Translations under genes and position numbers: made by a program
Shown: in pieces, positions 1-11,400 of the stretch
Numbering within the stretch: position 1 is the stretch's first letter
How the letters are laid out: every line of letters begins with the position of its first letter
Source: Phoronis australis
Taxonomy: Eukaryota; Animalia; Phoronida
DNA length: 64,000 bases
Assembly: GCA_002633005.1 (NCBI GenBank)
Contig: NMRA01000016.1
Coordinates: forward strand, 223,396-287,395
Direction of reading: 5' to 3'
Notes under the pieces: generated by a model
What the model saw: only the letters and a program-made list of their open reading frames with translations
Told to the model about the DNA's origin: nothing
Databases searched by the model: none

Positions 1-345
1 GTGAAGCTAAGACTCAAAGATCACCTTAAAGTTCTCACTTTAATGGTACTCAGCTGCCATGGTGACCGTTAAATTCATGTCCACTTTCTTCCGTAACGTG
101 ATTTTGGTTCAGCTTGGTAAAGCTTCTTATTTTGCCAAAAGATTAAGATCATTATTAAGGTTACATCGAACCCCATTTAGTGACCTTCATTCTAACCTGT
201 ATATCAGGAAACAGGATAAGACAACTAGTATCAGTATACATTTTACAGCAGAAACAAGATCAGAGTTTGAAAAATGGTTTAAAATTCATGTGCGAGTATT
301 ATTATTACTTTATCACCTTTTTAAGACAAGCCGAAATCACGTGTT
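1..345. repeat. Dispersed repeat copy (similar to 1361-1702)
   Basis: Long collinear similarity with 1361-1702, e.g. ATGGTACTCAG..GCCATGG, TATCAGGAAACAGGATAAG, CATGTGCGAGTATTATTA. Confidence 0.8.
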
Positions 346-1360
346 CTCATTTAAAGTACAACGCAAAATCTCATGTACTATCGCGAAGTCGCAAGTTTAG
401 CGGGGTCCTAGTGTTACTGAACTCTATCCTGGAAAAGTACAATTTAGTACTTCACTTAAAATTTCCACCAGGTGCGACACAGTGGATCTAATGAATCAAT
501 GTGGTGCATCACTTGAAGAATGAAATGGCACACCAAAGGACTGTTTATTACGAAACAGTTGGTTGCCATGGTAGCTCTACTGATGATCTTATGATACTGG
601 ATGTACATGTACCTGCAATCTCCATACATCAGCCTGTCTAGCAAAATGCACCATTCTAACAAAATTAACGTTTATTTTTTTACAAATACCTAAGACAAAC
701 AAAACCTTAATAATTTTCTTGTACATGAGTTCCCATTTTCTTAAATTGTTGAACAACTTGATAAATGTGGTAGATTTATTGGTGGTGTGTGCACTAGTTG
801 ATTAGGTTCAGGAACGAATAGTAGTAGATTAATGTGCTCCAAACTTCTGAAGGTTGTAAACATGAAGTGTTTGAGTAGCACTTTTGAAAGATTTATTAAA
901 TGACTGCTTCAAGTGGCTAGAAAGCCATGTACCACCAGAAAAAAATGTTGTACTAAAACACTTTCCCAGTTATGAAATTGGTTTAAGTTTATCCCTTATT
1001 TAAATTTATAGTGACTTCAGAGCATGGAAAGAATCGACAGTTTGTCATTACTTGAGGACAGACGAAAATATGTATTACTTAATTTCTCAGGGTTATTGAT
1101 ACAACAAAGTTTGTTTAAAAAGACTCGTATTGGCGAGCTTGTTTGTGAAACAAATTAAACAGAATGGTGTATATTATGTGTATTAATTTTTTGTAAAACC
1201 TTGTGAAAAATACTGAGGCACTCAGAAAGTGTTTGGTTGGAAAACAAAGTATTAATTTTCGTTTTTAAAAATATTTAAGTAGTTTATAGAAAACTGTGTT
1301 ACCTGAAACGTGGATCTGTCACCCAAAAAATCACAAAATAACAGGTATTTGACAATATGC

Positions 1361-1702
1361 TGTGATCTTAAGGTGACTCATAGCTCACCTTAAAATTCTC
1401 GCTTTTATGGTACTCAGTAGCCATGGAGACAATTAAATTCATGTCCATTTTCATACTTAACATAATTTTGGTTCAGTCTGCATTGACGAAATTCTAAGAT
1501 ACTTATTTTGGCAAAAGATCAAGATCATTATTGAGGTTACCTGAAACCTTATTTAGTGACCTTCATTTTAAATTACATATCAGGAAACAGGATAAGTCAA
1601 CTTTAGTATACATTTTCTAACAGAAACAAGATCAGAGATTGAAAAATGATTTTAAAATCATGTGCGAGTATTATTATTACTTTACCCCATTTTCAAGACA
1701 AG
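1361..1702. repeat. Dispersed repeat copy (similar to 1-345), probable non-autonomous DNA element
   Basis: Direct similarity to 1-345; contains TTAAGG near its start, like TTAA-targeting MITEs. Confidence 0.75.
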
Positions 1703-2024
1703 ACATTAAATTTTGTAGCATAATACACCCCAAGTTGATATTAAAGAAACCTTTTTGAATAAAACCTTCACAATTTCCTCAAAAATGCTGACGGGGATTT
1801 TCAATTACTCATTCAGTTTTGTTTCTATGCCAAATTAACCAGCAAATGTAAGGCATTTTTGCAAATACTCAAAAAAACTATGAGTTAAGTAGAGCTCGGT
1901 AGTATTTCAAAAGTTAAATTTCGTTAGAATTAGATATTTGAGACTATACTAGCATGACTCGTTTCTTTATAGTGACATTACTTTCCTATATCACCATATC
2001 ATGGGACCTAGGTAATTTACTTAC

Positions 2025-3341
2025 AACGTGGCGAAGAAGTTGTAGTTTTCTGAGTCTCAGTGGTCAGCTTCGTTGTTATGGAAGCTGTGGTTGTCTTGGT
2101 AACCATGGTGGTGGGTGCAATGGTTGTCTTCACTGTAGCTGGGGTGGCAGTTGTCACCAGCGAAGCAGACGTGGTCACTGCCGTCGAAGGTGCACTCATG
2201 GTTATAGTAGCTGAAATTGTTGAAGTAGCTTTTGGAAAAAACAGAAATGCTGACACCGGAGGCATTGTGGTCAGATGAGTAGTTGCGTTGTTCTGCAACC
2301 ACTTCACTTGCACTTGCAACAGAAATTTCCAGATCAAGGAATGAAATGAGTTTGTGTTCACACCCAACGTAACACATAGTGACTGCAAGTTGTTGGTCAG
2401 ATTGAAGGCCACATTTCAAAGCGAGAAGCTTCATCTGAAATCAATCGCTGCTGACACTTAGAGTTACCTGTTCTAGATACAACACGAAGAAAATACTTGG
2501 CAAATTGTAATTCGAACCGTCTTGTGCTACTCCTATCAAAAGGCGTAAAGAAACAATGCTAAATGGCACGCATAGGGCCACTTTAATAAGTCAAAGACTA
2601 AATGAATCATGAATAAACATTATATATTTCACATTTGCGAGCCATTCAATCCTACAAGAGCAATGCTGACCAACTAAATCGTATACAGCACAAACACAAA
2701 GGATAATCATTATTTTAAACGTTTCCACCAGAGGGAGCAACACAAGTAAATATAAAACAGACACAAGAGACTGCAAAGCAAGACTGGCCATAACCTGAAC
2801 TAAAGTATGTCCACAGGAGCTTAACCAAGTAAACAAGTATTCACAACCTTCACTTCCGAACGAATAACCTTTGGTATGAGCCAGGCGATTAAAACCTAAC
2901 CTAGAACACTTTTCTCAAAAATTTGATGAGGATGATACTCGAAGCTCAAAATCATTCGAGACAAAAATTAACATGCACAACAAAAGAAGATTAAAAATTT
3001 CTCAAACTGCAAAAAGAATGATACCACGTCCAAAACCTGGACCTCACCAGAGGCAATGGTATTATACCAGGGATTACTATTTATCTTTAGGCTGAAAGTG
3101 AAATCCATGGCCAATCATCAGCATACTGTTCTTACCTCAAGGAAGTTCACAGCATAATTTAGCAAAGCAACATTCAGCTGAACACAACCTGACCAGAAGG
3201 AAGTTAGAATTAGTTCACACCTACCAGGTCTTGTGGTTGTAGCACTTGTGGAGACCTGTAGTGTAGTGGCTGGTTTGCTTGTTGTTGTTGGAGCAGGACT
3301 TGTAGACGGTGCAACAGCAGTGCTTTGAGTTGTAACATTCT
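2025..3341 (-). CDS. Partial mucin-like (Ser/Thr/Pro-rich) protein; two internal exons 3225-3341 and 2025-2228
   Basis: Both exons have AG acceptors and GT donors (GTAGGT, GTAAGT) and are phase 1-1 (117 and 204 bp). They join in frame: ENVTTQSTAVAPSTSPAPTTTSKPATTLQVSTSATTTRP-ATSTISATITMSAPSTAVTTSASLVTT...TTTSSPR. The first and last exons were not identified, and the gene probably continues left of the window. Confidence 0.65.
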
Positions 3342-4056
3342 CTGTATTAAAACAAGTGACCTTTACTTTGGACCAGCAGATTAAAAATAATAATTTTCAA
3401 CCAACTGCAGTTNGTACATGATAAAGTTCTGGTATCATAGACAAACAATTAGAAATATCTTCACACTCAGTTTTGTCAGGAAAATGGAGTAAGACAATAC
3501 ATGTAATGGAAGTCTTGTCTGCCATATGTTACAAATTATATCTTAAAGTTAACCACCTTAAATGATTTACAAAGTTACGTTATCAACTCTTACGTTATCC
3601 AGCAATGAAACTCTGTGATAATAACCTCTCCCAATTCTTTCTCTGAGACGTACTACCTCTGTTACGTGATGGTGTTTCCTCTCAAGAAGCCTGTTATAAA
3701 TAACTGACTTGTGGAGATTTATGACCTAGATACATGTAGGTTAGGTCTGCCACTTCAGGTTGGTGCAGTCTATGACCTTTGTGTGTGACTCATCACATAT
3801 GTTGATAAAGGCCTTTTCAACAACAACAACAAACATTGCTTTGTTTCCTTATTTGAAGGAGAAGGCTTTGCAGTGAGAAGTAGGAATAGTGGATTACATA
3901 ATTATAATCTACAGACTTCATTGAAAGTGCCATTTGTCAATACCTAAAATCATAAGTGAAGAGAAGTTTTTAAAAAAAATTCTGGACAATGTACTAACAT
4001 GTTATTGAGATTTCTTTTTTCAAATTTATATTACCTGATACATTTGTGCCAGTTAG

Positions 4057-4189
4057 CATGGGCGGCGCACCAAAGGGGGCTGGGAGCGATAGCCCCCCAC
4101 TTATTTCAGTTATCATGGGCAGTGCAGCCCTGATGATAACTGAAATTGGGGGGCTATAGCCCCCAGCCCCCTTTGGTGCGCCGCCCATG
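4057..4189. mobile_element. 133-bp palindromic MITE
   Basis: Near-perfect inverted arms CATGGGCGGCGCACCAAAGGGGGCTGGG...CCCAGCCCCCTTTGGTGCGCCGCCCATG; flanks GTTAG/GTTAT (5-bp TSD with one mismatch). Confidence 0.85.
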
Positions 4190-5498
4190 GTTATGAAATT
4201 ACTGTTTCGGGAGTACTGCCTGTGGTCGACTTAAGTCTCTCCACGTGACAGTTCAAATATCATCAAAGTACATTTTGTCTGGTTTGGCGAACTGGACCAT
4301 TCTCTCTGTCAGTAGCAAACTGAACTTTAGTTCTGGGAGATCATCTCATGTGCACCTTTAGATTAATTACTTTATTATCCCTCGGAACTAGAAACTAGAA
4401 AGCCTAAAGAATGTGATTTTTTACTTTTTACCAGTCTCATTAATTTTGTCATGAGACCATGGTTCATTGATAGCACAAAACGCTGTTCTCAATAACATAC
4501 TGGACGGGTTTTAGTAGCCCTCTACACAAATGTGGAACATTCTAAAAACACGCAACTCCGAATCGCATTTTGGAGAACATTGCATAAACCAAGTATGTGA
4601 AAGTTTTACACGAATCTGATCATCTACTTCTGAGCTCTACAATGTTCTGAAGTTATCCAAATTTGGACATTTTTCAAGACACTGCAATCCAATCTAATGG
4701 TCATGGTTCGGTCAGTAATTATGATGTGGAACCATCCAGGATTAGTGATGTTTCTTCATTGGACGGTAGTTGGACTGGACTGTAGAATCTTAGTGTAAAC
4801 TTTAATAAAGACGTTTAAATCATTTGCTCAGCTTTTACATGTCATCACGGTGAAATTTTGATTACATTTCACTATACGGTGGGCTTTCGAAAAATGAAGA
4901 AATTAATTTTGGCTATTGTTTTTGTTTGAATTTGATGAGACTTTAACATATTAATATTGATGGTAATACCATTATTGCTTTTGTGTTTGACGCTTGGACA
5001 GACAAAAATCGTGCCATAAGTCGGTTTCTAGAGATAAAATGAAGACCAGAGGTAGCCGTAAATAGGTCATTTATTATGATTAGACAAGTGTTGTACAAAA
5101 CAAGTAGTAAATAGTAATAAAATAATATCTCTGGAAAGGTGGGCAATAATAAATCGCAAGATGGACGAATGAGAAAAAAAAAATTTTGCCCACTTCATTT
5201 TATGTTAGTAGTCATAAAGAGCTATGCTTCTACAGTCACGGGGGAACAAATTGGAAGGAAATAAATACATCTTACAAATTGCCACAATTTTTATCCAAGG
5301 TAATAAGTTTATACTGTGATCTATTAGTATACATTTATCAGTTGATAATAACTGTTTTAGTGTCCGTGATTAATTCAATGAAGACATCATATTTTGTTTT
5401 GGTTTTCAGAGAAAACGTATTTTGTTTATGTACGCACTTGTATGCTGACCGAGTTTTCGACCTCCTGTCGCGCCGAATGCGCTGTGGACTACAGAGAA

Positions 5499-8400
5499 AT
5501 GTCGGACTTTGATGATTCTGATGATGATCTGCTTGTGTCGGCGTGTGAGGGAATTACAGAGTCGGACACATCCTTACAAGGTGCGTGAACATGTGTGTGC
5601 ATGGGGGTGTGGGTGCGTGTGGGTGCATGTGGGTATGTGTGCGTGTTTCATGTTTTAGTGAACATGCAGTTCTTTTGTAAAACATTGCCTTTTACTTTAT
5701 TTACAGGTGAAGTAAATAAAATCTTTGATGCATAAAGTTGTATTCATGTGCTCAAAATAAATACTTTTTTTGGAATTTAACTGCATTGGGCACTTGTCAC
5801 AGAGATATGACGTGTTTAAACTATTATCATTGATTTGCATACTTGTACCTATTTGATTTGTGCACATTATGTTGTTACAACAGTATCATGTACTTCTTTC
5901 TGTCTCTTCTAGCTCTAGATTTAGAGATCCCGGACAAGTTTGCTTTTCCATTTGAGCCCTACGACATTCAAGTTGGATTCATGCAGCACATGTTCAAGAG
6001 CCTGGCTCTGGGTAAACTGGGCATATTTGAGAGTCCTACAGGTACAGGAAAGTCGCTCAGCCTGATCTGTGGCGCCCTCACGTGGCTGAAGAAGTTTGAA
6101 GAAGATCAGAGGCATGAACTAGAGAGGCTGATACAGGAGACTCAGGTAGAGAAGGGGGGGGGGGTAGAGGAGATGGGGGAGGCTACAGAGCTTCTCGTAT
6201 CCCTCTCATGCTGATTTCAGATTCAGTTGAGAAATTCATACACGCCAGGTCCCCGGTGCTCGGTGCTTAGGGACTCAAATGTGTTCTCTAAATTTTTAGA
6301 CTTCGTTTACTCACTAATGTTACATTTTTCATCACTTGAATTGCCTACTGCGAGTGGGAAACATCACCTCCAATACACTTCAGTGTATCCTCAGTGGGTG
6401 TACCTATGGGTAGAGGATTTGTGCCCAACGTGAGCTGGTTGTGAAGTCTTCTCAGAGAACCTTTCCGTACAAGTGTAAAGCTGTTCAACAGAGAAATACT
6501 GTCGTGTTTTTAATCAAACTCCGAAGGTATTTTATTAAGGATAAAAAGCATTTAGAATAAATATGTCTGAGGACATTCTTCGAATTTCGATGACAGTCAA
6601 AGTGTGAAATAAACTTGTTGGGTTCAGTACAAGATGTTTCTACTGACTTTGGATTGGGCTTTAGCAATTCAGTTTAAATTTGCTTCAGAAACAACTAGAT
6701 CAAAAACATCTTTGCTGTTAGGTTCAAAGTTCTACAAAGGACGGTTGTGAAGACTGGATTGCTGCATTTGAAAGTCGCAGAGAGAATCAGCAGAAGTCGC
6801 ATGGGGTTCAAGAAAAGTTGGATCGACAGAAGAGACGGGACGAGAAACTGAAAAGAATGAGAAACAAGGATGTAGCCGTGAGGAAAAGAAAATATAAAGA
6901 GTTAGAGAACGAGTTTGACTCCCTCTTCAAGGAAACTACAAAAGAATTGAAGGAGGTGAGGGATTATCGAAATTATCTGGTTTTACAAAACCATAAAAAC
7001 ACTCATTTTGAAAAACCTCATCACCTGCACTTAAAACTACTTACAAAAATATGAAGTTTTGTCTGCCGACAGGCGATTTTCTTAAATGTTTCCTGAAATC
7101 TTAAAAACGCATGTCGGCTTCTTACCCCTCCCTCCGACTGTTGGGTTTTGTGAGTTTTTGCTAATTATGGATAATCCCAAGATATGCGATAAAGTTATGT
7201 GGCACTAGCTGTTTCCAAAAAAGTTATGCTTTCTTAAACGGTTGTGCTGTGATCCGTTGCCATGGTTGAACCAGTTGACAATGAAAGTTATACGAAAGTT
7301 TCCATTTTGGTATTTAATCTCAGCACGGCAAGGTGAATCTCTGAACTCAACTTTGACATCACGTTCTTGCCAATTTACGACTGAGCCATGTGACTTTGAC
7401 TCTGACAACAGATTTCCAGTTGACAAACAACACTTTTTTGTTTTGGGCAAGCTATTATAATAAAACGGTGGAAATGTTTTTGCTTTTTTACCCCCAAGTC
7501 AGCAGTTTGGAGGAACCCTATTACAGCCAGTGAATGAAGTCTGTGAGGACAGAGTGTGGCTCAGTGGTTTGAGGTCTGGACTTCCTAACCCTCCCATAGT
7601 GAAGGGGGATCATGTCCTCCAAGGCTTGTTTATGAAAGCCATTCTGTAGCGCTAAGCTCTTTTATCTTATGTTGAGGATGGAATTCACTCAACATTTTGG
7701 TTAGGAATCCAAATTTGTAATGGCACATAATTTTAAGTTAATATAAAAAGTTGATATAAAAAAATAAAAAAGTAAGTGCAGGCGGTCTGATACACGTTGT
7801 ACCAGACGTGCACTGGCCACACATGTGGGCCCATTGCACTGATCACCTGGAACCATGTTTATGCGCCCACATATTTATATGTGGACGCATTATGCCGTCA
7901 TCTCCGTCCGTCCGTCTCCAAAATGCTCTGATGTACATTCATGAAATTTTTCACATATGTTCCTATCATGGATGGGACAACATGAGCGAACTTTCAGACG
8001 GATCCGTCTACCAGTGTGCCCCCTAGTGGCAATTTTAGTTTTTTACGCTTACCTCTATATCTTCAAAGGTCCTAAATGTATTTTCATAAAATTTGGCATA
8101 TAGGCATCTTGTCGTGAGATGACGCTATCCTCCGGTTTTTGGATGGATTCAACGTAGTTTGCGCCACCTAGTGGCCATTTTTGCGGTTTTCGAGTCTGTT
8201 TTTTGGCGTCCACCCCTCTATCAACGAAACCGCACTAAGGATGATTGTGAAAATTGGCATGTATGTTCTTACTACGAATCTGACGATGATTTACCAATGA
8301 CTTCGACTACTGTGGTGCCTCCTAGTGGCAGTTTTTTTTTGCGCCCATGGCTGTATCTCCTAAACGGTTTGCAGCATCTTTGCTAAATTTAGCAAGTGTA

Positions 8401-11400
8401 TTTATATGATGTTAACAACGGATGACAACAACTTTCGAACGGATCTGACAACCAGTGTGCCCCGTAGCGGCAATTTTCATTTTTTAGGCTTACCTCTGTA
8501 TCTTCAAAGGTCCTCAACGGATTATCAGAAAGTTTGGAAGATAGGCATTTATTGGTGAGATGATGCTATCCTCCAGCTTTGGGATGGAATCAAGGAACTT
8601 TTGCACCACCTAGTGGCCATTATTCCTGCTTTCGAGTCTTGTTTTTTGGCATCCACCATTCGATCAACCAAACCATTCTGAGGATGACTTTGAAAATTGG
8701 TATATGGTATATGTCTTCAGTGTGAAGAGGACAGTTGACAATAACGCATTCGACTACTGTAGCGCCTCCTAGTGGTAGTTTTGTTTTGTTTTGTTTTGTG
8801 CCCATAGCTGCACCTCCTAAACTCACTGCAGGATCTTTATTAAATTTAGTAATTGTATTTATATGAAGCTAACAACAGATGACGACATCTTTCAGGCGGA
8901 TCCAAAGAAGGCTATGTCCCTAAGTGGCAATTTCATTTTTTTTGTATTCCTTTGTTTCTCTGAAGTTCCTTGACAGATTTTTATGAAATTTGCTAAATAG
9001 CTATCTATTAAAGAAGCATTAGCATGTACCCATTTTCAGATGGATTGGATTTTTTTCGCCCTCTTGTGGCTATTTTTATGAAACAAATAAACAACCCTGG
9101 AAGCACCCCCGTTTTTGGTGCATTGGTGGGCGCATTTCAACGCTTCGCGTTGCTCTTGTTCTGTCACGCAGTAAAAGGGAAGCATGTTGCTTATTGCAGT
9201 TGAAAAGTTACAAATGAGAGCTTTTGTTGTGGATACAAATTGCATTTCAGACTGGATGTGTATGTTGTTCTTACCTTGTGTTAAAGATAATGTAGAACAA
9301 ATGTACAAATTTGGATAACTATAGAGTGCCATATCTCACAAATGGGTGATCAGATTTGCATGAAACTTTCAGATATTATGTTTTTTGCAATGTTGTCCAA
9401 ATGACTATCAGGAATTGTTTTCAAAATATTCACTTTTTCACGAGGGGCTATCAAAATCAGACTTTCATGACTTCATGAAAGAAATCAAAAATTACACGAA
9501 ACAATAATTTAAACTTCAACAGCATTATTAAGATTTCGTCTCGAGCATTACATTACATGAAATTTAGCCTTGTCATTGGTGCTGTTGTTTTGGTATGAAT
9601 GTATGTACCTGTTAGTTTTCTACTTAATAATTTGGCTAAATATACAAATTTGCCATTCAGGTCCTATGTACCCTTGTGTCCAATATATACAGTATAAGAC
9701 CATTCTGCTCAGTGTCTTAAGTCCAGCGTCTGTAAGCTGGGGTAGGTTACTGTGGACAGCCACTTAACAAGTGTGCAGCAGTTTGTTTACAACAGCTTCG
9801 CGTTTGATTTACCGCAATGATAAGCCGTCTGGCTGTGTGTAAGCGGAATGTGCCTGAGCATTCCACTATTTCAACTTCCACATTTTTCTCATTAATTTTA
9901 AAGTTAATTATGAATTATCTTATGTCGACCTAAATGGTATGTTTTTGGTCAAAATCGACTCACATTTGCCAAAAGATATACAGTCCTACATATCCATAAA
10001 TAGTTCCATTCATTGAAAAACAACACTGTCTTTGGCCTGCCATATAGATGGTGCCATCACCCTGGGTCGAGTTACCAGTGGTGTAAACAGACTAGACATT
10101 AGTGTCCTAATTAAACTACCCTTGTGGAATCAGTTCAGACCTTGAGCGAAATGCAAAATCATTCAGACAAAATACTGTTTACCTATCATGATGACTAATT
10201 CTGTAAGGAACAGAAATATCTGGTAACAACTATTATGGCATCGAAAGTAATTACAAAAGGCTTATCCACATTACGTACTTTCCCTTTAATTCCTCTTCAT
10301 TTTCGGTCGTGAGGAAGGACTATTCTGACGATCAAGTCTGCTTCTACCCAGCCATCACGAGTGGGAATTCTGGGTCATTTTGTGCGATACTTATGACGTG
10401 CACTGTATGTATTAAGGTACGCAGGGAACTTGATGGTCTCAACAGTGATGCAGAGAATGGTTCGCATGACCTTGACATTGTCCTCGAGGAATACTTCAGC
10501 GATGACGAACAGACAGATGACAAAGATGTCGAAGAGGAAGAGGAACACGTTACCAAGGTAATTCTGTCATTACGTAACACGGCCACCAGAACTATACCTC
10601 AACTCTGGATATACCTCTCTATCAAGGCTCGGTTAACTCACTGTACTGGGCCGATCATTGTATTATTTAGTACAGGAAGATAATTCTCATATTGAGTTGT
10701 ATTGGTATTGTGTGTTGTATGTATAGCTCTCGAGCGTTTAGTCTGAAACTGGATTTCCCATCAACTCTAAAGTTAAGGTTAGGACTTTATTGACTGTACT
10801 ATTCAAATATCCAAAAATGCATTTTAACTCTGTACAAGTATACATTTTCTGAAAGTAAAAAACCCTGTACAATTTGATTTTTAACTTTATACAAATCTCT
10901 CATTAATTGGGTCTCGTGACCATGTCTTTCAGTTAAATTTAGCAAGAAGAAAAAGGTACACACTTAGCTAAATGATGGCTTCAGTTACATGACCGAATTT
11001 CATGTGATATGAATTTTCATGACGAAATCTGAAAAACACAGTTTTTAAAATTTTCAGTTCATTTTGGCATGGTGCAGCTTTTGGTTTTTTCAGAAAAATC
11101 ACTTAATATTATTTTTCATAACCCCTCGTGGAGAAGTGGAACATTGTAAAAGCAATTCCTAACAGTTTTTTTGAGCCTAGTGCATAAAGCATAGCCTCTG
11201 AATCCGATGACCCATTTCTGAGTTATGATGCTCCAAATTTGGCCAAATATGGACATTTTTATGGGGTGCACCATAAACTTAAATGATTTGTACAAAAATA
11301 TTGTTGATGAAAAATTATCGATTTCAATCTTCATTATTTTACTTGTTTGAAGTGTTCCATGATTCAGTTGAAAGAATCACGTGTATAAATTATTGGTTAG

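Noticed and set aside
456-487. Possible 32-bp micro-exon of the mucin-like gene
   Set aside because: AG/GT flanks exist, but the phase does not clearly fit and the peptide is uninformative.
2057-2434. 125-aa minus-strand ORF MKLLALKCG… and the overlapping plus-strand ORFs
   Set aside because: These are alternative frames or antisense shadows of the Thr-rich exon; no recognisable domain.
2591-2836. Signal-peptide-like stretch MASLALQSLVSVLYLLVLLPL
   Set aside because: It lies between the two mucin exons, its candidate donor is weak and in the wrong phase, and hydrophobic ORFs are common in T-rich DNA.
3413-3413. Single ambiguous base N
   Set aside because: Assembly ambiguity in an intron with no biological meaning.
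5467-5477. E2F-like site (TTCGGCGCGA on the minus strand) before DDX11
   Set aside because: Biologically plausible, but a single imperfect short match is not supportable alone.
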